DNA of 64,000 bases. Origin: Bacteroidota bacterium (lineage in GTDB: Bacteria > Bacteroidota > Bacteroidia > Palsa-948). Shown here piece by piece: positions 58,097 to 64,000 of the stretch. Made by a program: the position numbers and the translations under genes. The notes below the pieces were generated by a model. The model did no database searches. It was not told where the DNA came from and saw only the letters and a program-made list of their open reading frames with translations. Location of the stretch: positions 13,670 through 77,669 of the forward strand of contig JACRAL010000093.1 of NCBI GenBank assembly GCA_016213435.1, given 5' to 3'. The first letter of the stretch is position 1; each line of letters begins with the position of its first letter.

Positions 58097-59155
58097 TTAC
58101 TCTTTGATGTAAGGATAATCCTTTTGCTCATAGACATCATTATAAATTTCACTCGGATCCGGAAATGGAGACTCTTCCGAAAATTTCACACTCTCCTCCA
58201 CAAGTGCTTTCACTTTCGCTTCCATTGCTTCCACGCCTTTTTCATCAATCCATTTGTTTTTTTTCATTACAGCAAGCACTTGCTCGATCGGATCCAGTTT
58301 TTTGTATTCCTCCACTTCGTCTTTCGAACGATACGTTCCTGGGTCGCTCATGGAATGTCCGCGATAGCGGTAGGTTTTTACTTCCAGCAACGTAGGTCCG
58401 TTTCCTTTTCTCGCTCTTTCTGCCGCAGAAGCAACTGCCTCATGCATCGTCTCACAACGCATGCCGTCCACCTGAAAAGAAGGCATATCGTATGCTGCAC
58501 CTAGTTTATATAAGTCGTGTACGTTGGAAGTCCGTTCAACGGAAGTTCCCATTGCGTAATTGTTGTTCTCAATAATATAGATTACCGGAAGTTTCCAAGT
58601 CATCGCCATGTTAAACGCTTCATGAAGCGCTCCTTGACGAACCGCGCCATCGCCCATCAGGCAAATGGTAACACTGTCGTTTCCATTGTATTTATCCGCA
58701 AACGCGATTCCTGCTCCCATAGGAATTTGTCCGCCTACGATTCCGTGTCCGCCAAAAAAGTTGAACTCCTTACTGAACATGTGCATGGAACCACCTTTTC
58801 CTTTTGAACATCCTGTTGCTTTTCCATACAGTTCCGCCATCACAAATTTTGGATGCATTCCCCTCACAATCGGATGAGCATGATCGCGGTAAGCGGTAAT
58901 GACTCTATCTGTTTTTTTGAGCGCTGTTTCCGCTCCCGCAGCAACGGCTTCCTGACCTATATATAAATGACAAAAACCTCGGATCTTCTGCTGAATATAA
59001 AGTTGTCCCGCGCGCTCCTCAAATCTGCGCATCAGAAGCATCTGCTCATACCACCAAAAATAAGTTTCTTTTCCCGAAGGGACAGAGACCTGCGAAAATT
59101 TTGTCTGCGTGTTCCGATAGCTATCGAAATTCTTATCAGCAACTGTTGTTGGCAT
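58097..59155 (-). CDS. pdhA: Pyruvate dehydrogenase E1 component alpha subunit
   Basis: 352 aa with the TPP-binding motif GDGA...N. Confidence 0.8.
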   Translation of the reverse strand: MPTTVADKNFDSYRNTQTKFSQVSVPSGKETYFWWYEQMLLMRRFEERAGQLYIQQKIRGFCHLYIGQEAVAAGAETALKKTDRVITAYRDHAHPIVRGMHPKFVMAELYGKATGCSKGKGGSMHMFSKEFNFFGGHGIVGGQIPMGAGIAFADKYNGNDSVTICLMGDGAVRQGALHEAFNMAMTWKLPVIYIIENNNYAMGTSVERTSNVHDLYKLGAAYDMPSFQVDGMRCETMHEAVASAAERARKGNGPTLLEVKTYRYRGHSMSDPGTYRSKDEVEEYKKLDPIEQVLAVMKKNKWIDEKGVEAMEAKVKALVEESVKFSEESPFPDPSEIYNDVYEQKDYPYIKE

Positions 59156-59180
59156 AACATTAAAATAAACCAGAGCAAAT

Positions 59181-60737
59181 TTATACTTTTTTTAAAGCCC
59201 CTCGAGAGATTCTAAATAGTTGTTTTGACTTCTCCTTCACCACATCCTCAAAAGTTTTATGCTGAATTTTGCTTTCCACCCAGCTTAGAAAGTCAAACTC
59301 CTCCATCGCTACTTTCTCCAATGGGTCTTTCATCAGTTTCAATAAGGTGGTTTTTAATACATGGAAAGCAAGAATGCGTTCATGTTTGTCAATAGACACT
59401 TTCATAACCTGATGCAGGCAATTCATCAAAGCTTTTTCCAATTTAAAAAGTCGGTTTTGTTTGGAAAGGAGATATAGAGTGCTTCGTTGTAATGATTTCA
59501 GCAGTTGAGCATCCTTATGTATTTCGTAGTGGATGAGCAGGAAAAGAATACGTGCCGCTGCGTACACATCATGCCGGAATGCGCCTTCGGGCTGTTCAAC
59601 TATTTTTTGGGTCCAGAATAATGCTTTGTTATAGCTGCCTGCACCAAAAAGCATATAGGCGATATTATAATAAAGAATAATTGGACTAACAGCAGGATCT
59701 TTGTTCAGAAAATCATTATTTGCTTCTATCGCTTTTATAACCGGAAATACTTTTTCAAAATCCCCCGTCCGCATGAACGCGTTTAATTCATTTATATAGG
59801 AATTTGACCAGTACGAGATTTTGAGTGAGTGTGAGGCAATGGGATAGGCACGTATTTTATTCAGCAATATCTGCATTTCTTCATATAAATTATGATTGAC
59901 AGATAAAAGATATCCTATGAAAATCACTGACATGTTCAGTCCGAAGAGATATCTCTTTCCATAGTCTCTTAATTGATGCGAGTGTGTTTCTATAAATTTA
60001 CATTGCTCTTTTGAGAGTTCATATCCTCGAATAAAGTCCCGCTTAAAAAAATAATAAAGAGACCACACTTCATAATAAGTTGCTTTTGCCTCTGCGCAGG
60101 ATGCCTGCTTTAAATTGCGTAAAAGAGGATGCCGCATAAGCTTTGTAATAAACACTTGTTCCTTTTTTGTGCGCATGGGTTCCGCTTCATGGATTTTCCG
60201 TGTTATCTTATAGTGTAGCGTTCGGTAGTCATCAATGTTGTTTAGCTTTTTGAGTACAGTTTTTATTTCTTCATTCAGATGAGACATTTTTAACAGCTCC
60301 TGTGCCGAATAAGGAATTCTTTCCATAATTAAAATTTCCATCAATAGTTCCCAGTGTTCATGCTGATATGCAATGCTCTTGGCTGCCCTTAATAGCTTCA
60401 GTGCCTGGTCAGTAAGCCCTTTGTCTAAAAGAATCCCGGCTTTGCTGATCTGGCTGCGCAGGTTTATATCCGTGCTGTTGTGGTAATTTTCCAAGCTGCG
60501 GAGAATACTATTATGAAGGCGCCTTTTAGCAACAGAAAGATGCCGCAGGAACTTTTGCCCGCGGCAGGTGTTGCGGATAGCGCCCTCATCATACCTGTTT
60601 TGTTTTTCTATAACATCATATAATACCAGATAGTTCTTGTCTCCACCTTTCAGCGAAGACAACATTTTGAAATACTTCTTTTCTGCCATGCTGAGGGAAT
60701 GGATCAAGTCAAAAATTGAAGTGCTTGTTTTTTTCAT
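59181..60737 (-). CDS. Hypothetical all-helical protein, paralog B of 2999..4534
   Basis: 518 aa, collinear with paralog A. Confidence 0.6.
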   Translation of the reverse strand: MKKTSTSIFDLIHSLSMAEKKYFKMLSSLKGGDKNYLVLYDVIEKQNRYDEGAIRNTCRGQKFLRHLSVAKRRLHNSILRSLENYHNSTDINLRSQISKAGILLDKGLTDQALKLLRAAKSIAYQHEHWELLMEILIMERIPYSAQELLKMSHLNEEIKTVLKKLNNIDDYRTLHYKITRKIHEAEPMRTKKEQVFITKLMRHPLLRNLKQASCAEAKATYYEVWSLYYFFKRDFIRGYELSKEQCKFIETHSHQLRDYGKRYLFGLNMSVIFIGYLLSVNHNLYEEMQILLNKIRAYPIASHSLKISYWSNSYINELNAFMRTGDFEKVFPVIKAIEANNDFLNKDPAVSPIILYYNIAYMLFGAGSYNKALFWTQKIVEQPEGAFRHDVYAAARILFLLIHYEIHKDAQLLKSLQRSTLYLLSKQNRLFKLEKALMNCLHQVMKVSIDKHERILAFHVLKTTLLKLMKDPLEKVAMEEFDFLSWVESKIQHKTFEDVVKEKSKQLFRISRGALKKV

Positions 60738-60825
60738 AATAGTCAGTTATCATGAATATAAAGTGGAAAGGTAGATATAATTCATCTTATAAATTAAAGA
60801 AATAGTGTTTTTTCTGATAAAATTA

Positions 60826-60890
60826 AAAATCATATTGGTTAGATACAACAAAAAGTTATTGTTGCGGCATTGTTTTTTTGACTGACCTTT
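60826..60890. promoter_or_regulatory. Conserved intergenic motif pair (AAAAATCATATTGGT ... TTTGACTGACCTTT)
   Basis: See 4616..4682. Confidence 0.3.
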
Positions 60891-60911
60891 ACTTTATTAA
60901 ATCAAACCTAT

Positions 60912-61103
60912 ATGATATCACTCGGACTTGAGCTTCCCTCTCCTCCACCCTCAGCAAAAGAAATCCGCGAATGGCACAAATGGAGAAAGGAGATGAACCT
61001 GTTGATGGAAGAAACCGCCTCGCGCAAAAAAAAAGCCCACCCCAAAAGGGTAAAAAACACAAAACAAAAATCAATAAATAAAACCAATCATGAAAACATT
61101 TAA
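60912..61103 (+). CDS. Small basic protein (63 aa), paralog of 4774..4944
   Basis: MISLGLELPSPPPSAKEIREWHKWRKEMN... Its 3' end overlaps the start of 61090 by 14 nt. Confidence 0.55.
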   Translation: MISLGLELPSPPPSAKEIREWHKWRKEMNLLMEETASRKKKAHPKRVKNTKQKSINKTNHENI

Positions 61104-62541
61104 AACAATACTCATCGGATGTATTATTGCTTTTGCAAACACAACTGCAATTTATGCTAATAATCTGCAGATAGGTATCCCTACTGTTGCAACCGCAACA
61201 ACCTTAACTTTTACTATCCAGTGGGATAATAGCTGGAGAGTATCTTCCGGCACCAATAATTATGATGCTGTTTGGATCTTTGCAAAATACCAGAATTGCA
61301 GCGGCACTAACGACTGGAACCATGTTACATTGGCTGCCGGCTCCAGCGTTTCGGGCGGGGTTTTACAGGTAGTGAATACATCGGATGGACTCTATAAAGG
61401 CATTTTTGTTCAACGAAGTGCAGATGGAATAGGAAATATTTCCAGCTCTACTGTTACCCTTCAAATGAGTTTCGCTGATGCAAGTTATAACTATCAGGTT
61501 TTTGCTATGGAAATGGTATATGTACCCGTTGGAAGTTTTTATGTAGGAGACAATACTTCGAATAATAGATGTTATTTGAGTCCAGCCGGAACTCCATTTA
61601 ATGTTACATCGGATGGCGCATTGGCACTCGGAGCAAATTTTTATGCTAATTCTACAAATTATGCTATAGCTTTAGCTTATCCTCTTGGATATGATGCATT
61701 TTATTCCATGAAATATGAAATTTCACAAGAGCAGTATGCTAAATTTCTCAGCACATTGACGTATGCTCAACAAACAGCCCGTATGGATATTCCGCCTACT
61801 TCTGCTCCCGGCACTTATGCTTTGGGAACAGGAGTCAATAGAAATGGAATTTGCATTAAAACATCCGGGGTTTTTAATACAGTGCCTGCCATAATGGGGA
61901 ATGATCTAACACCGGGTACTATTGACAATACCAACGATGGACAGAATATTGCCTGCAACTGGTTATCCTGGGAGGATTTGCTTGCCTATCTCGATTGGTC
62001 TGCCTTACGGCCCATGACAGAGTTTGAATTTGAGAAAATATGCAGAGGTCCCAACACAGCAGTTGCGAATGAATATCCATGGGCAACAACTACAATTACG
62101 CAAGCACCTTCATCTGCACTTACTAACCCACAATTAAGCACAGAGGTATCTACTGCTACGGGAGATGGCTTAACAAATTATGGAAATGGAACAGCCGGTA
62201 ATTATGGTCCCGGTCCAAATAGGGTTGGACAAGCAGCCAGAGCGGCAACTACACAACAGGGAGCCGGTGCTGCCTGGTATGGGGCATTGGATATGGCAGG
62301 AAATGTATGGGAACATTGTATTCTAGTGAATGCCACTATTACCAATGCAGCAGGCGATGGAGCAATTAGTGCAGCAGGTGCTCAAAATCAGGGCTGGCCA
62401 ACTTATACTAGTGCGACCAGAAGAGGTAGTGCTTATAGTCAAAGTTTTACCTATTGTAAAACAAGTGATAGGACATTCTATAACACTCCTACTAATACTC
62501 GAAATAGTGATGGTGGAGGCAGGGGTGTTCGTATGCCATAA
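61090..62541 (+). CDS. FGE-sulfatase (SUMF1) domain protein, GldJ/GldK/PorK-like
   Basis: Signal peptide. Motifs FYSMKYEISQEQYAKF, LRPMTEFEFEKICRG and RRGSAYS correspond to the FGE consensus FxMDKYEVTNxQYxxF / RLPTEAEWEYAxRGG / RGGSW. Confidence 0.5.
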   Translation: MKTFKTILIGCIIAFANTTAIYANNLQIGIPTVATATTLTFTIQWDNSWRVSSGTNNYDAVWIFAKYQNCSGTNDWNHVTLAAGSSVSGGVLQVVNTSDGLYKGIFVQRSADGIGNISSSTVTLQMSFADASYNYQVFAMEMVYVPVGSFYVGDNTSNNRCYLSPAGTPFNVTSDGALALGANFYANSTNYAIALAYPLGYDAFYSMKYEISQEQYAKFLSTLTYAQQTARMDIPPTSAPGTYALGTGVNRNGICIKTSGVFNTVPAIMGNDLTPGTIDNTNDGQNIACNWLSWEDLLAYLDWSALRPMTEFEFEKICRGPNTAVANEYPWATTTITQAPSSALTNPQLSTEVSTATGDGLTNYGNGTAGNYGPGPNRVGQAARAATTQQGAGAAWYGALDMAGNVWEHCILVNATITNAAGDGAISAAGAQNQGWPTYTSATRRGSAYSQSFTYCKTSDRTFYNTPTNTRNSDGGGRGVRMP

Positions 62542-62591
62542 TGTTATAGATAGTATCATGTTGATAATACTATTTATCTACAAATAAAAGA

Positions 62592-64000
62592 ATGAGAAAA
62601 ATCTATTTCCACCTAATTTTTATTACCTCTTTAATGTGTTATACATTATCGGGGTTTGCTCAATATTTAGGCGGTAATTATGGTGGGTTCTCTAATAACA
62701 ATAATTTTCCGGTTACCCGTACCTATGCCACATGGAATCCTTTAGACCAAGGAGCAGGAATTACTTTATCCGGTGGGAATCTGACAACTGCTAATACTGC
62801 AGCCGGTATGGTCAGGGCAACAATAGGAGTATTAAGCGGCAAATGGTATTGGGAAATTACCAGAAACAATCCGGCCGGAGTTAGCGGGATTGCTAATGCC
62901 TCTGCAGCGTTAACTACTTACCCGGGTGCTAATGTTAATGGGTGGGAATATGATGCTACAGGGTTGAAATATACGAATGCTGCCGGTGTTGCTTATGGAG
63001 CAACTTATACCACAGGCGATGTTATAGGCGTTGCTCTTGATATGGATGCGGGAACCATTACCTATTATAAAAATGGCGTTTCTCAGGGTATTGCCTATTC
63101 CGGATTAACAGGAATCATATACCCTGCATCGGGTGCAGGGGCTGGCGGTGCTTCTCCAAACGACCGTAAAATAACAGCCAACTTTGGAGCAACTGCTTTT
63201 GCTTATGCTGTTCCGGGCGGTTATAATTCCGGGTTATATACTGATTCTTATTTCAGTCCTTGCTCCGCTCCTGCAGGAATCAACTTTTATCTGGGGGGCA
63301 GCGGGGGAGGATTTTTGAGTGGAGAAAGGACACAAACAGTATGTACGCCTCCTGTGGGGATTAGTATTTGGAATGGCGGTATTGGTGATGGGTTTGCTAC
63401 CGCCAATAATTTTCCGGCAACTCCTGTGTATACCACATGGAACCCTTCAGACAAAGGAGCAGGAATTACATTAAGTGGTGGAGACTTAGGTGCTTTAAAT
63501 ACAGCAGCAGGTTTGGTTCGTTCTACAGTAGGTGTATCCAGCGGTAAGTGGTATTGGGAGGTAACAAAAACAGATGCTCCCGCAGGTGGTTCCATTGGTT
63601 TCGCAAAGTCAACTGCAGGAATAAATAATTATCCGGGTGCTGATGCAAATGGTTGGATGTATTCTGGAAGTAACGGCTACAAATATACCGGAGGTGTCGG
63701 AGTGGCGTATGGTGCTGCATACGTCCAAAATGATGTAATCGGGATTGCACTTGATATGGATGCAGGCTCAGTTACTTTCTATGTAAATGGTGTATCTCAA
63801 GGAGTTGCTTATAGTGGTTTAACAGGAACCATTTTTGCCTCTGTTGGTGCCGGTGCTGCCGGTAAATCTTGGACAACCAATTTTGGTGCTACAGCATTTG
63901 CTTATGCTGTTCCTTCCGGATTTAATTCGGGTTTATATTCAACCGATTATTTAAGCACATGTACTCCTCCTCCTGGTTTGAGTATATTCTTAGGCGGTCA
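62592..64000 (+). CDS. Secreted protein with at least two tandem ~215-aa SPRY/B30.2-like domains (partial, runs off the window)
   Basis: Signal peptide. Each repeat contains SGKWYWE(I/V)T and GV/IALDMDAG(T/S)(I/V)T(Y/F)Y(K/V)NGVSQG, which match the SPRY signature. The ORF is still open at the window end. Confidence 0.5.
   Translation, partial: MRKIYFHLIFITSLMCYTLSGFAQYLGGNYGGFSNNNNFPVTRTYATWNPLDQGAGITLSGGNLTTANTAAGMVRATIGVLSGKWYWEITRNNPAGVSGIANASAALTTYPGANVNGWEYDATGLKYTNAAGVAYGATYTTGDVIGVALDMDAGTITYYKNGVSQGIAYSGLTGIIYPASGAGAGGASPNDRKITANFGATAFAYAVPGGYNSGLYTDSYFSPCSAPAGINFYLGGSGGGFLSGERTQTVCTPPVGISIWNGGIGDGFATANNFPATPVYTTWNPSDKGAGITLSGGDLGALNTAAGLVRSTVGVSSGKWYWEVTKTDAPAGGSIGFAKSTAGINNYPGADANGWMYSGSNGYKYTGGVGVAYGAAYVQNDVIGIALDMDAGSVTFYVNGVSQGVAYSGLTGTIFASVGAGAAGKSWTTNFGATAFAYAVPSGFNSGLYSTDYLSTCTPPPGLSIFLGG

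Noticed and set aside
63287-63750. Two minus-strand ORFs of 75 and 102 aa
   Set aside because: Antisense to the SPRY-repeat gene, Pro/Gly-rich reverse-frame artefacts.
1-64000. tRNA, rRNA and tmRNA genes
   Set aside because: No T-loop consensus (GGTTCGAATCC-like) or cloverleaf-sized conserved intergenic block was found by eye. Unstructured intergenic spaces are short and AT-rich. A tRNAscan or Infernal run would be needed to be certain.

Overview
The window is AT-rich and looks like a Bacteroidetes chromosome segment. The assignment rests on two proteins carrying type IX secretion C-terminal sorting domains, a GldJ/GldK-like FGE-domain protein, and gene order typical of that phylum. Housekeeping genes (nadB, fabD, folE, typA/bipA, alaS, dnaB, pdhA plus an E2 subunit, rlmB, rmuC) sit between several accessory segments. 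Main observations, in order:

1. A three-gene module occurs twice, at 2999-5378 and at 59181-62541. Each copy has a ~515-aa all-helical protein on the minus strand, divergent from a ~56-63-aa basic protein whose stop overlaps the start of a secreted protein. The two intergenic regions share two conserved motifs at the same spacing.
2. A GC-rich palindromic element (CCTCACCCC...CCCCTCTCC-N4-GGAGAGGGG) recurs at least five times, each time in frame inside a coding gene, including alaS, an Omp85-family gene and the E2 acyltransferase (seen in-frame in five different genes). This resembles Rickettsia palindromic elements.
3. An IS5-family transposase gene lies next to a 21-bp minisatellite of about 27 units. 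The ~80-bp leader of that array recurs about 7.1 kb away. The segment between the two copies carries type IX secretion cargo and a single-polypeptide Type IIG restriction-modification gene. That gene plus an overlapping 153-aa partner is itself bracketed by 42-bp direct repeats containing a perfect hairpin.
4. A GAF/adenylate cyclase/HD fusion gene sits next to a SulP transporter with a cyclic-nucleotide-binding domain, and large palindromic repeat elements flank the transporter.
5. The last 72 bp of a merR gene are duplicated on either side of an inserted gene of unknown function, and the 9 differences between copies change only 2 codons.
6. The window ends with an FGE-domain protein followed by a protein made of tandem SPRY-like domains.

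No rRNA, tRNA or CRISPR array was detected. All coordinates come from the ORF track or from hand counting of the printed lines. One local discrepancy of 1 nt was noticed near 53185-53241, so coordinates in that spot are approximate.
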